Positions 40,792 to 53,359 are shown, counted from the first letter of the stretch. The stretch: DNA of 54,848 nt from an uncultured Gammaproteobacteria bacterium (GCA_929200405.1 CAKMZF010000002.1:1-54848), one strand, 5' to 3'. Notes: generated from the sequence alone by a model not told the origin. Program-made: numbers and translations.

Positions 40792-40972
40792 TCATCTATC
40801 CTGAATCGTTTTTTCTCGGTAGTCAGCCCTACAAGGTCTAGCATTAAAGGCTTGCTAATAGTATCCTAGCATTCTGATAATGACCGTGGCATATTTTTGC
40901 CACTGTGTCACAAAAAATTCACAAAATTAAAGTCTACTCCAGAACTGCTAAAAACTGGATTAAGGAGCATAT

Positions 40973-41845
40973 ATGTTCTCAGGAAGCATTGTGGCGATTA
41001 TCACGCCCATGAAAATTGATGGCTCAATTGATTATCAAGCACTAGATAAATTAGTCGACTATCAAATTGCCAACGGAACAAAAGGCATTGTAGCAACGGG
41101 TACAACTGGTGAACCTGCAACAATGACCCCAGAAGAGCACATTTCTGTGATTGACAGAATTGTTAAACACGTTGATGGTCGCTGTCAGGTAATTGCTGGC
41201 ACCGGCTCTAACTCTACTTCTGAAACTGTATTTTACACCAAAGAAGCAGAAGCTCTGGGCGTAGATGCCTGTCTACTTTGCGTGCCATATTACAACAAGC
41301 CCACCCAAGAAGGCATGTATCAGCATTTCAAAACCGTGTCTAAGCAAACCAGTCTACCGATAGTGCTTTATAATGTACCGGGGCGAACAGTAGCTGACAT
41401 GTCTGCCGATACCGCTGCAAGATTGGCAGAATTAGAAAGTGTTGTCGCTATAAAAGAAGCCAACACCATTGAAAGAATACGTACGCTTATTGATAAAGTC
41501 GGCCACAAGATAGCAGTGCTAACTGGGGATGATCCAGTGCTAGTTGACACCATTGCGTACGGGGGACAAGGCGTTATTTCGGTGACGGCCAATGTGGCTC
41601 CAAAATTAGTCGCTAATATCTGCCAACTCGCACTCAGTGGTGATATTGAGACTGCTAGAGCGCTTGAGAGCGCTGCCATGCCGTTACACGAGTCGCTATT
41701 TATTGAATCAAACCCCATACCAGTAAAGTGGGCTGCTGCTGAAATGGGTCTGTGTGAAAATGGTATTCGGCTGCCATTAACACCACTAAGTCAACAATAC
41801 CATGAGCAAGTTAGAGCACAGCTGCAAGTTCACAAGTTACTGTAA
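40973..41845 (+). CDS. dapA: 4-hydroxy-tetrahydrodipicolinate synthase
   Basis: 290 aa with GTTGE, YNVPGRT and the Schiff-base lysine region VVAIKEA. AAGGAG lies upstream. Confidence 0.95.
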   Translation: MFSGSIVAIITPMKIDGSIDYQALDKLVDYQIANGTKGIVATGTTGEPATMTPEEHISVIDRIVKHVDGRCQVIAGTGSNSTSETVFYTKEAEALGVDACLLCVPYYNKPTQEGMYQHFKTVSKQTSLPIVLYNVPGRTVADMSADTAARLAELESVVAIKEANTIERIRTLIDKVGHKIAVLTGDDPVLVDTIAYGGQGVISVTANVAPKLVANICQLALSGDIETARALESAAMPLHESLFIESNPIPVKWAAAEMGLCENGIRLPLTPLSQQYHEQVRAQLQVHKLL

Positions 41846-41872
41846 TAACAAAATATAATCAAAAGGAAAATC

Positions 41873-42901
41873 ATGCAAAAGTTAATGAAACCCGTTGCTG
41901 CCACCTCTGCAGCATGTCTTTTAATCTTAGCAGGTTGTACATCCTCTTCATTGGATGTGGATCGCCGAGGCGATTATCAAAATGCGAAATCCACTAAAAG
42001 TCTGGCACTACCGCCTAAGGTTTCAAATCAAGCGCAGCTGCAAGATATTCTCAGAGTCAACGGTAATATTGGCAGTGCCAGAACCGCTGTCAATCCCAAC
42101 GTGCCTGCAGCTGATCTTATTGGTGAAGGACTCAAACGCTGGATTCGCATAGCCGCACCTGCTGAGGCAATATGGACTCAACTTGATCCATTCTGGGCAA
42201 GTCAAGGCTTTAATTTAGAATCCAGTCAACCAACTATTGGCATCATGGAGACCGACTGGTCAGTCGATAGTGACAAATCTGGCACTGTTTTAGGTGGTTT
42301 ATTAGCCAGTTTACAATCTGCCCCCCATCGCGATAGATTTCGCACCCGCTTAGACTCTAAAGGACCCAATACTACTGATATCTTCATTACCCATTACGGA
42401 CAGAAATCTTCAGGTGGAACCTACGGCTGGCTAGATGAAGCATCTGACCCAGAGCTAGAAATAGAAATGCTGAAAAGACTAATGGTTTATCTTGGCTATG
42501 GCTCCGCGAAGGCTGAGAAACTTCTAGCAAACGCCCAAGCCGGTACTAATATTAATCCTATCCTCGCTAAAGATGCCGATCTCGGCAATAACATTAGAGG
42601 CCTAGTTGTTGCTCAATCTTATAATAAAGCATGGGAAACCGTTGGTTTTGCTGTTGAAGGACTCGGCTATGATTTTATTGATAAAAATATCCGTAGCGGT
42701 TATTACATTATCAAACCTAGGCCGACCAACTTCTGGGGCAAGCTATCTGGACTCCCTAGCGGTGATAACTTAAGATTGTCGTTAAGAGACTTAGGTGATA
42801 GAACAACTGTTGCCATCAAAGACAAGGACGGCAAGCAATATCTGACTGATAGCAAGACTAGAGCGTTTTTCAAAAAACTTAAAGCGCAACTAAACCCTTA
42901 A
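41873..42901 (+). CDS. bamC: Outer membrane protein assembly factor BamC (NlpB)
   Basis: 342 aa lipoprotein with the lipobox LAGC. It sits immediately downstream of dapA, the conserved dapA-bamC arrangement. Confidence 0.82.
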   Translation: MQKLMKPVAATSAACLLILAGCTSSSLDVDRRGDYQNAKSTKSLALPPKVSNQAQLQDILRVNGNIGSARTAVNPNVPAADLIGEGLKRWIRIAAPAEAIWTQLDPFWASQGFNLESSQPTIGIMETDWSVDSDKSGTVLGGLLASLQSAPHRDRFRTRLDSKGPNTTDIFITHYGQKSSGGTYGWLDEASDPELEIEMLKRLMVYLGYGSAKAEKLLANAQAGTNINPILAKDADLGNNIRGLVVAQSYNKAWETVGFAVEGLGYDFIDKNIRSGYYIIKPRPTNFWGKLSGLPSGDNLRLSLRDLGDRTTVAIKDKDGKQYLTDSKTRAFFKKLKAQLNP

Positions 42902-42979
42902 TTCCTGTAATTTATGCCAAACTCAATAGCTGATATATAACAATCAGCTATTGAGTAGAAACACAACCCACTAATCACT

Positions 42980-45073
42980 ATGTCTTCTTCCGAAGCACCT
43001 CAAAAAAACACTAGCAATATCCAGCGCTTGTCAGCTGCGCTAGTTAATCAAATCGCTGCTGGTGAAGTTATTGAAAGACCAGCCTCTATCGTTAAAGAGC
43101 TTATAGAGAATTCGCTAGATGCTGGTAGCACGCAAATAGATATTTTCCTAGAAGAAGGTGGCACTCGACTTATCGAAATTCGTGATAATGGCAGAGGAAT
43201 AGCCAAACAAGATTTGCCCCTTGTTTTTGAGAATCACGCGACCAGCAAACTTCACAATGCTGACCAACTCAGCGATATCGCCAGCTACGGGTTTCGTGGC
43301 GAAGCACTGGCTAGTATAGGCTCTGTTGCTGAAGTTGAGGTGATTTCAAAAACTCCTAATGACGTAGCATTTTCCATAGAAGCCCTATATGACGCCAAAA
43401 CCTCAGCATCTAAGCCAGCAGCAAGAGACATTGGCACGACAATCAGAGTACAGAACTTATTTTACCAAATACCGGCGCGCAAGAAGTTCTTAAAGACATT
43501 TCGCACCGAATATAAGCATTCTGAAGACGCAGCTATTCATCTAGCCCTTACTCGTCCAGATTGCAGCTTTAGTTTGCAACATAATGGTCAAACAAGCTGG
43601 TGCCTACCCATAGCAACTACCACTGAGCAGATGCAAAACAGAATTGTCACAGTGCTCGGGCCGCATTTTTTAGAGCAAACACTGTATATCGATCACAATA
43701 TTGGACAGTTTAGACTTCATGGTTGGGTAGGGCTGCCAACTGCTGCACGCTCGCAAGCAGATCAACAGTACTTTTTTGTAAACCAGCGTCCCATCAAAGA
43801 TAAATTGCTCAACCACGCTGTTAAGTTGGGCTATCAAGATGTTTTATTCCACGGACGTCACCCAGCTTATGTTTTAAATTTAGAGCTTCCTTTTTCGGAG
43901 GTCGATGTTAACGCGCACCCTGCTAAGCGAGAAGTGCGATTTCACCAGAGCCGTGAAATACATGGGTTTGTTTTTAGAGCCTTAAAGCAACTTTTAGCTG
44001 ACACCAAACCCACAGCGATAGACAACGAAGAAGAACAACCAGCTTCCGTGAATACAGCAAATATTACTAACTTTGCGGACTTGCAGAAGCAATCTCACCT
44101 GCCGCTACACATCTCAGAAACACAACGTCAATACGGCATACCCCCAAGAACAGAGTTTCAAAGTCGCCATTCGAATATTGAACCGAATAAACAAATCCCA
44201 ATTCGACTAAGGTCCACACAAACTACTTCTAGCCCTGATACAAATTTCAATACTAATATTGGCACGAACCCTGTGACACTACTAAACAGTACTGACATGC
44301 GCAGCGAGACAAGCCAGACTATCCATTCGGATCACTCGCTTGCACTACCTACAAAATCCATGACCCGACATGATACGGAAACGACCGAGCATCCTATAAA
44401 CCAGCCTCCCACTCAGCTGAGTACCATGTCACAGGATAGTGAACAACAAGTAGATCAAGCCTATCAAGCGGATGCAGAAGCGCCGATGCCTCCTATGGGT
44501 TTTGCCATCGCCCAGCTCCATGGCATTTATATTTTGGCACAAACAGCACAGGGCATGATCATTGTAGATATGCATGCAGCCCATGAACGCATTACCTATG
44601 AAAGACTTAAAAAAGGCTACCATTCCAACGATGGCATTAGCACCCAAATACTTCTAGTACCGATATCTTTAAGCTTATCGCTGAATGAAAAAGCAACGCT
44701 TAATGCACATCAACAGGACTTTGAAAAGTTAGGTTTTGATATTGACTGGTTAAGTGAGCAAAGCATCGCAATCCGCGCTATCCCAACTCTGTTCAAACCA
44801 AAGAAAGCTGAGAAATTGGTTAGAGACATTATTAGCGATTTCAGTTTATTTTCTCAATCCACGAGATTACAAGATAAGCTTGATGAAATACTCTCTACCG
44901 CAGCTTGTCATGGTAGTATCCGTGCAAACCGTCAATTAAGCATAGACGAGATGAACTCCCTGCTACGAGACATGGAAATTACCGAAAGATCAAATCAGTG
45001 TAATCATGGTCGCCCTACTTGGGTACACCTAAATATGACTCAGTTAGACAAAATGTTTCTTCGCGGTCAGTAA
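42980..45073 (+). CDS. mutL: DNA mismatch repair protein MutL
   Basis: 697 aa with a GHKL ATPase N-domain (AAGEVIERPASIVKELIENSLDAG) and a C-terminal dimerisation domain (CNHGRPT). They are joined by a long low-complexity linker. Confidence 0.94.
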   Translation: MSSSEAPQKNTSNIQRLSAALVNQIAAGEVIERPASIVKELIENSLDAGSTQIDIFLEEGGTRLIEIRDNGRGIAKQDLPLVFENHATSKLHNADQLSDIASYGFRGEALASIGSVAEVEVISKTPNDVAFSIEALYDAKTSASKPAARDIGTTIRVQNLFYQIPARKKFLKTFRTEYKHSEDAAIHLALTRPDCSFSLQHNGQTSWCLPIATTTEQMQNRIVTVLGPHFLEQTLYIDHNIGQFRLHGWVGLPTAARSQADQQYFFVNQRPIKDKLLNHAVKLGYQDVLFHGRHPAYVLNLELPFSEVDVNAHPAKREVRFHQSREIHGFVFRALKQLLADTKPTAIDNEEEQPASVNTANITNFADLQKQSHLPLHISETQRQYGIPPRTEFQSRHSNIEPNKQIPIRLRSTQTTSSPDTNFNTNIGTNPVTLLNSTDMRSETSQTIHSDHSLALPTKSMTRHDTETTEHPINQPPTQLSTMSQDSEQQVDQAYQADAEAPMPPMGFAIAQLHGIYILAQTAQGMIIVDMHAAHERITYERLKKGYHSNDGISTQILLVPISLSLSLNEKATLNAHQQDFEKLGFDIDWLSEQSIAIRAIPTLFKPKKAEKLVRDIISDFSLFSQSTRLQDKLDEILSTAACHGSIRANRQLSIDEMNSLLRDMEITERSNQCNHGRPTWVHLNMTQLDKMFLRGQ

Positions 45074-45094
45074 CGCTTTAATATACTTTTGAGC

Positions 45095-46078
45095 ATGACC
45101 ACCAACACATCTCTTACCCAAAAACCCAATGTTCTTTTTATCATGGGGCCTACTGCCAGTGGAAAAACAGACCTCGCTATTAAACTCTCGGCGGTCATAG
45201 ACACACATATAATCAGTGTTGACTCTGCAATGATCTACCGAGGAATGGATATCGGTACCGCCAAACCTGATTCTCAGGAACTGAGCCAAGCACCGCACTC
45301 CTTGATAGACATTCGGGATCCAAATCAAGCCTACTCGGTCTCTGAGTTTATCGAAGACGCCAAGAGTGAAGTCAACAAAGCCCATCAGCAAGACAAGCTG
45401 GCGATATTGGTTGGCGGCACCATGCTTTATCACAAAGCACTATTAGACGGCATTGCTGACTTGCCATCCAGCAATCTGGAAAACAGGAGCTTACTAGAAA
45501 GTTTAGCTGCCGAGCACGGTTTAGAATCCCTGCATAAACAACTATCTGAACTTGACCCGATTATCGCCAGTAAAATCAACAGCAACGATCCTCAGAGAAT
45601 CATGCGTGCGTTGGATGTTATATGGCAAACAGGGGTACCTTTTTCAACTTTGCAGACAAAAAACGAATCTGCCGCTGCTGCACAGTGGAATCACTATGTT
45701 GTTCAACTATTACCAGACCCCAGACATATGCTGCATCAAAAAATCGAGAAACGCTTCAAACAGATGATTGCACAGGGATTTATTGACGAGGTTAAAATTT
45801 TACTAAACACCCCAAATCTTTCTAAGGATTCACCAGGTCTAAAAGCGGTGGGCTATAAGCAAGCAGTAGAACACCTAGAAAGCAAAGTTAGCTTGGCAGA
45901 GATGCAAGAGTTAGGCATAATTGCTACACGGCAGTTTGCCAAAAGGCAGTTTACTTGGTTGCGGGGCTTAAAAAACGATACCAATTTCAACCCTTTTGAC
46001 GCAAACTACCAGACGCTAGCGATAGATAAAATCCAACAATGGTATGAGCTGTCAAAAAAGTCTTTTAATCAGCAATAG
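45095..46078 (+). CDS. miaA: tRNA dimethylallyltransferase
   Basis: P-loop IMGPTASGKT and the MiaA motifs SVDSAMIYRGMDIGTAKP and GGTMLY. I preferred the ATG at 45095 over the TTG at 45089. Confidence 0.93.
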   Translation: MTTNTSLTQKPNVLFIMGPTASGKTDLAIKLSAVIDTHIISVDSAMIYRGMDIGTAKPDSQELSQAPHSLIDIRDPNQAYSVSEFIEDAKSEVNKAHQQDKLAILVGGTMLYHKALLDGIADLPSSNLENRSLLESLAAEHGLESLHKQLSELDPIIASKINSNDPQRIMRALDVIWQTGVPFSTLQTKNESAAAAQWNHYVVQLLPDPRHMLHQKIEKRFKQMIAQGFIDEVKILLNTPNLSKDSPGLKAVGYKQAVEHLESKVSLAEMQELGIIATRQFAKRQFTWLRGLKNDTNFNPFDANYQTLAIDKIQQWYELSKKSFNQQ

Positions 46079-46200
46079 CTTGCTAAAAAAACCTTTTATA
46101 CGAAATCTCTACTTATTTTATCAAAAAGACTAGCAATATTAATTTTTAATTGATATAAAGATAACAGAAAAATAACCTATAAGAACAAGAAGTGAATTAC

Positions 46201-46452
46201 ATGTCAAAAGCTATATCCCTCCAGGAGCCTTATTTAAACGCATTACGCAAAGATAGAATCCCAGTTTCTATCTTTTTAGTGAATGGAATCAAATTGCAAG
46301 GGTATATCGAATCATTCGATGCCTACGTTGTATTACTGCGCAGCAATGTCTCGCAAATGATTTATAAACATGCGATTTCAACTATTGTTCCTTCCAGATC
46401 AATCAAGTTAAACTTGGCTGATGGTGAGACCATTGGGTCTGATGACGCCTGA
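46201..46452 (+). CDS. hfq: RNA chaperone Hfq
   Basis: 83 aa. [41 protein letters not shown]...[13 protein letters not shown] is nearly identical in pattern to E. coli Hfq Sm1/Sm2. ATG at 46201. Confidence 0.96.
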   Translation: MSKAISLQEPYLNALRKDRIPVSIFLVNGIKLQGYIESFDAYVVLLRSNVSQMIYKHAISTIVPSRSIKLNLADGETIGSDDA

Positions 46453-46527
46453 TCGTTGATATTGGCTAGTTATTATCTAATCCGTGATAATTTGTCAGTT
46501 TTTAATTGTCAGTTTACTATTTCGGTC

Positions 46528-46558
46528 AGTCGTGTAGACAATTCATCGCTACACGACT
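46528..46558 (+). terminator. Perfect 10-bp stem-loop in the hfq-hflX spacer (possible attenuator or processing site)
   Basis: AGTCGTGTAG (46528-46537) pairs with CTACACGACT (46549-46558) around an 11-nt loop. No U-tract follows. Confidence 0.4.
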
Positions 46559-46600
46559 ACACTTTGATCCCCCACATAGATCCCAATCAAAGGAATAAGC

Positions 46601-47983
46601 TTGTTTGACAGGCCACAAGGTGGCGAGCGAGCCATCGTCGTATATATATACGACAAGACACAGGAACACAATAAAACCCCTACGCACAACCTAGACTTCA
46701 ACAGTCCAGAGAGCGATTCGGATAACGCCCTTCAAAGCCCACGCCTAGTCAACTTACTTAATGAATTTAAAGAACTGGCATCCGCTGCTGGCGCAGAAGT
46801 TATTGGTCAAGTCACCGGCTCTAGAGCATCCCCAGATGCTAAATATTACGCAGGCACTGGCAAGGTAGAAGAAATTGCAGAGCTAGCAGACACTCTAGAA
46901 GCCGAACTGATACTTTTTAACAACCCACTTAGCCCGGCGCAACAACGAAACTTGGAAACCAAACTCAAGCGGCGAGTGTTAGATCGAACAGGGTTGATTC
47001 TGGATATTTTTGCGTTACGAGCACGCAGCCATGAAGGCAAGTTGCAAGTAGAGCTGGCACAACACGAACACTTGGCCACGCGACTGGTTCGCGGTTGGAC
47101 GCATTTGGAGCGACAAAAAGGCGGCATTGGTTTACGCGGCCCTGGAGAAACACAGCTAGAAACAGATCGTCGCTTGCTTGGCGCCCGCATAACCACCATC
47201 AAAAGCCGCTTAGACAAAGTTCTGCGGCAACGTCAAGAAAGCAGAAAGTCGAGGCAGAAATCAAAGCTGCCAACAGTCTCTTTAGTTGGCTACACCAATG
47301 CAGGAAAATCCACGTTATTTAATCGCCTTAGCAAAGCTGATATTTATGCCGCCGACCAACTGTTTGCGACACTGGATCCGACTCTGCGAAAAATAGACCT
47401 ACAATCAGGCGAACCTGTGATTCTCGCTGACACTGTCGGATTCATCAGTGATCTACCCCATGAGCTAGTGGCAGCTTTTCAGTCTACGCTCATAGAAACC
47501 ACCGAAGCAGATTTACTGCTGCATGTTATCGATGCTGCCGACCCAGAGCGATCGCAACATATCGAAGATGTCGATCAGGTCTTAGCAGAAATTGGCGCTG
47601 GTGAAATCATCGAGCTTAGGGTTTATAACAAAATTGATTTACTCGAAACATTTGAACCAAGAATTGACTATCATGCTGAAACTCAATTACCTACGGCGGT
47701 GTGGATTTCAGCTGAAAAAAGTTTGGGCATTGAGCTACTGTTTGAAGCGATATCAGCGCATATCGGTGGCTTGCAAATTCACGGACATATTGTTTTAGAA
47801 GCCAATGAAGGGAAATTACGAGCAGCTTTATATGCCGCAAATGCTGTAAAAGCAGAGTCCGTAGATGAACTTGGCGATCTACATCTGGAATTAAAAACCA
47901 CTGAAACGGCTATACAACATTTACTGCAAGATCACACATTAGACATCCTCCGCATCACCAAATCTGAGTCATTGACATCATAA
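46601..47983 (+). CDS. hflX: Ribosome-associated GTPase HflX
   Basis: 460 aa. The (TTG)FDRPQGGERAIVV N-terminus resembles E. coli MFDRYDAGEQAVLV as I remember it. G-motifs GYTNAGKST and DTVGF are present, and AAGGA lies 6 nt upstream of the TTG. Confidence 0.92.
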   Translation: MFDRPQGGERAIVVYIYDKTQEHNKTPTHNLDFNSPESDSDNALQSPRLVNLLNEFKELASAAGAEVIGQVTGSRASPDAKYYAGTGKVEEIAELADTLEAELILFNNPLSPAQQRNLETKLKRRVLDRTGLILDIFALRARSHEGKLQVELAQHEHLATRLVRGWTHLERQKGGIGLRGPGETQLETDRRLLGARITTIKSRLDKVLRQRQESRKSRQKSKLPTVSLVGYTNAGKSTLFNRLSKADIYAADQLFATLDPTLRKIDLQSGEPVILADTVGFISDLPHELVAAFQSTLIETTEADLLLHVIDAADPERSQHIEDVDQVLAEIGAGEIIELRVYNKIDLLETFEPRIDYHAETQLPTAVWISAEKSLGIELLFEAISAHIGGLQIHGHIVLEANEGKLRAALYAANAVKAESVDELGDLHLELKTTETAIQHLLQDHTLDILRITKSESLTS

Positions 47984-48008
47984 GGGAATATTATAAGGAT
48001 ATTTCCTT
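47982..48008 (+). terminator. Stem-loop overlapping the hflX stop codon (possible attenuator between hflX and hflK)
   Basis: AAGGGAATAT-TATAAGG-ATATTTCCTT forms a 10-bp stem including one G-T pair. There is no strong U-tract. Confidence 0.35.
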
Positions 48009-48107
48009 TAGCAAATTTCAGATAAATACAGCTATACGCTTGAAATCAAGAACTCTGCCCACAAATAACAGTAATCAAAATAGATAAAAACACCGGAGCA
48101 CTCACTA

Positions 48108-49355
48108 ATGGCTTGGAATGAACCCAGCAACGACAAAGCCTCTGATAAAGATGAGGAGAAGAAAACAAACGATCCTTGGCAACAGCAGCCCAGACAAGAC
48201 GGACCGCCAGATTTGGATGAAGTTTGGAAGGATATGAAGAACAAATTCGGCGGCCTAGTAGGTAACAAGTCTGGTGGCAACCGAGGCGGTAACTCCAGTA
48301 ATGGCAAAGGTGTGGGTGGCAAGAGCTTATTGCTATTTTTACTGATACCTCTCGCATTTTGGGGTGCCAGCGGTTTCTATACTGTTGATGAAGGCAAAGA
48401 AGGCGTTGTCCTTCAATTCGGTCGTTATATAAAAACCTCTAAACCCGGTTTGCGCTATCACCTACCTTCACCTATTCAAAATGTTCAGATAGTTGACACG
48501 CAAGGAGTTCGCATTAAAGAAATCGGCTATCGCGGTGGTTCTGGCAATTCTGCAAGAACGGTTCAAGAAGAGTCATTAATGCTTACCGAAGATGAAAACA
48601 TTGTCGATGTAAAGCTATCTGTGCAATATCAGGTTGCTGACCCTAAACTATATCTATTTGCTGTGAATGACCCTGACCAAACTCTATTTCAAGTCGTAGA
48701 ATCAACAACCCGTGGCGTGGTTGGTCAAAGTACTATGGACTATGTCTTAACCGAAGGCCGAAGCAGCATTGTGAGTGAGATTCAATCGCAAAGTCAGAAA
48801 ATACTAGATGAGCTATATCATACCGGTCTACTCATTGGCGATGTCAACTTACAAGATGCTCAGCCTCCTGATGAAGTGCAAAAAGCATTTGATGACGCTA
48901 TCAAAGCGAGAGAAGATGAGCAGCGCTCAAAGAACGAAGCGGAAGCTTATCGCAATGACTTAATTCCAAAAGCCCGCGGTCAAGCTGCTGCTATCCTAGA
49001 ACAAGCAGAAGGTTACAAACAAAGCGTTATTGCAGCCGCAGAAGGTGAAGCTGCAAGATTTAGCTCTCTATTAAGCGAATATCAAAAAGCCCCTGAGGTA
49101 ACCAAACAACGCCTTTACTTGGAAACCATGGAGCAGGTGATGGGTAACACGAAGAAAGTGTTGATGCCAGAGCAAGGTGGTAACTTAACCATGCTGCCAT
49201 TGGCCGACATGCTAAATGGCCAGCCAACCTCAAGCAGAACTACAGATCAGAAAAGCATTACGGTAGCGCCGGTTAATAATACGACTACGTCTCGATCAAG
49301 TGCAAATACTGCACCAGATATTATGGCACCGGATTCACGCAGCAGGGAGAGATAA
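48108..49355 (+). CDS. hflK: FtsH protease modulator HflK
   Basis: 415 aa with MAWNEP and a Gly/Asn-rich N-terminus, one TM segment and an SPFH/band-7 domain. Confidence 0.94.
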   Translation: MAWNEPSNDKASDKDEEKKTNDPWQQQPRQDGPPDLDEVWKDMKNKFGGLVGNKSGGNRGGNSSNGKGVGGKSLLLFLLIPLAFWGASGFYTVDEGKEGVVLQFGRYIKTSKPGLRYHLPSPIQNVQIVDTQGVRIKEIGYRGGSGNSARTVQEESLMLTEDENIVDVKLSVQYQVADPKLYLFAVNDPDQTLFQVVESTTRGVVGQSTMDYVLTEGRSSIVSEIQSQSQKILDELYHTGLLIGDVNLQDAQPPDEVQKAFDDAIKAREDEQRSKNEAEAYRNDLIPKARGQAAAILEQAEGYKQSVIAAAEGEAARFSSLLSEYQKAPEVTKQRLYLETMEQVMGNTKKVLMPEQGGNLTMLPLADMLNGQPTSSRTTDQKSITVAPVNNTTTSRSSANTAPDIMAPDSRSRER

Positions 49356-49356
49356 C

Positions 49357-50229
49357 ATGAATAAAAGCATAAATGCCCTACTCGTTATTATTGTGATTGC
49401 GTTGGTGGTTGTTTACAACTCAACCTTTACCGTTAAGCAATATGAAAAAGCACTAAAACTTCAATTTGGTGAAGTCGTTGGTGAGAAATACGAACCCGGC
49501 CTACATTGGCGCATTCCGCTAATACAGACTATCGTTAAATTTGATGCCCGCCTACAAACACTAGATGCACAGCCAGAGCGCTTTCTAACTGCAGAAAAGA
49601 AGAACCTATTAGTAGACTCTTTTGTAAAATGGAAAGTCAGCAGCCCATTATTGTACTACACTCGTGTGGGCGGTGATGTTACACGCACAAACCAAAGACT
49701 AGATCAAATCATTAAAGATGGTTTACGTGGTGAGTTCTCAAAGCGTAAAGTAAAAGATGTGATCAGCGAAGACAGGCTAGAGATTATGGACATCTTAACA
49801 AAGGTAGCCCATGAGAAAGGCAAAGAACTTGGCATTGATGTCATTGATGTCAGAATCAAGCGTGTTGATCTACCAGCCGAAGTTAGTGGTTCAGTATTTG
49901 AGCGTATGCGTACAGAGCGTGAGCAAGTAGCGAAAGAACTGAGATCTCAAGGTGAAGAGACCAAAAGTAGAATCCAATCTGCTGCAGATAGAGAAAAGCG
50001 CGTAATACTCGCCGAAGCTTATCGTGACTCTGAAAAGAAGCGCGGTGAAGGCGATGCAGAAGCTGCTAAGACTTATGCTGAGGCATTTGATCAAGATCAG
50101 TCATTCTATGAATTCACACGAAGTCTAGAGTCTTATCGCTCAAGTTTCTCGTCAGGCACAGACGTTATGATGGTAAATCCAAATAACTCAGCTTTCTTCG
50201 AAACTTTCAATAAAGGTATCAAACCTTAA
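49357..50229 (+). CDS. hflC: FtsH protease modulator HflC
   Basis: 290 aa from the ATG at 49357, 1 nt after the hflK stop and with GGGAGAG upstream. It has an N-terminal TM segment and an SPFH domain. Confidence 0.93.
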   Translation: MNKSINALLVIIVIALVVVYNSTFTVKQYEKALKLQFGEVVGEKYEPGLHWRIPLIQTIVKFDARLQTLDAQPERFLTAEKKNLLVDSFVKWKVSSPLLYYTRVGGDVTRTNQRLDQIIKDGLRGEFSKRKVKDVISEDRLEIMDILTKVAHEKGKELGIDVIDVRIKRVDLPAEVSGSVFERMRTEREQVAKELRSQGEETKSRIQSAADREKRVILAEAYRDSEKKRGEGDAEAAKTYAEAFDQDQSFYEFTRSLESYRSSFSSGTDVMMVNPNNSAFFETFNKGIKP

Positions 50230-50252
50230 CCACCTGACTAAGGCCAGCAATC

Positions 50253-50437
50253 ATGTCAGACCTGTTTTGGGCAGCAATCGGGCTTGTACTCATCATGGAG
50301 GGGATCTTGCCCTTCTTAATTCCTGCCAAAATCAAAGAACTTTGGCAGGAAATGAGTAAAATTCCAACGAATACACTGCGCACCATCGGATTTGGTAGTA
50401 TGATTGTCGGTCTTTTGATCTTACTTATTACAAAAAC

Positions 50438-50441
<4 letters not shown>
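50253..50441 (+). CDS. DUF2065 (YjeT-like) small membrane protein
   Basis: 62 aa with two TM helices. It occupies the conserved position after hflC, and its stop overlaps the hisZ start (ATGA). Confidence 0.8.
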
Positions 50442-53012
<2,571 letters not shown>

Positions 53013-53034
53013 TCTTTATAAACTATTCTGTTTT

Positions 53035-53066
53035 AAAAATACACTTTAATATAAAGTGTATTTTTT
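53035..53066 (+). terminator. Rho-independent terminator of purA
   Basis: AAAAATACACTTTA-ATA-TAAAGTGTATTTTT is a long perfect stem running into a T-tract, 22 nt after the stop. Confidence 0.8.
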
Positions 53067-53359
53067 GCTTTATTTTGTCTTAAATAAAATTTCTTTTATA
53101 TTTTTGTATAGCTCGCCAATGCTGAGTGCTTAGTGGGCAACTCTGATATCGTTACTATGTCCTCATAATAGACTTTTCCAAAGTCTATCAGCCCAAAATA
53201 TTCATCAACGAATTCATGAGAGACTCAATATTAATTCTCAATATTTTCTCACTTTGTCATAAGCAATAAAAACCTATAATCTACAGAAACAATAAAAAGA
53301 AAGTAAATATATTTTTGTTTTATAACATGAACAAATAAAACACTTATCTGGAGAGCATA

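Noticed and set aside
40887-40901. TGGCATATTTTTGCC upstream of dapA, resembling a sigma-54 -24/-12 element (TGGCAC-N5-TTGC).
   Set aside because: The GG-to-GC spacing is 9 nt rather than the required 10. The motif is also simply a short palindrome (GTGGC...GCCAC), and dapA is not a typical sigma-54 target.
45044-45433. 129-aa ORF on the minus strand.
   Set aside because: It is antisense to the mutL end and the miaA start, has no recognisable domain and conflicts with two well-supported genes.
48032-48357. Two overlapping Pro/Leu/Cys-rich ORFs (96 and 103 aa) on the minus strand.
   Set aside because: They are antisense to the Gly/Asn-rich N-terminal coding region of hflK. The proline richness simply mirrors GGN codons on the opposite strand.
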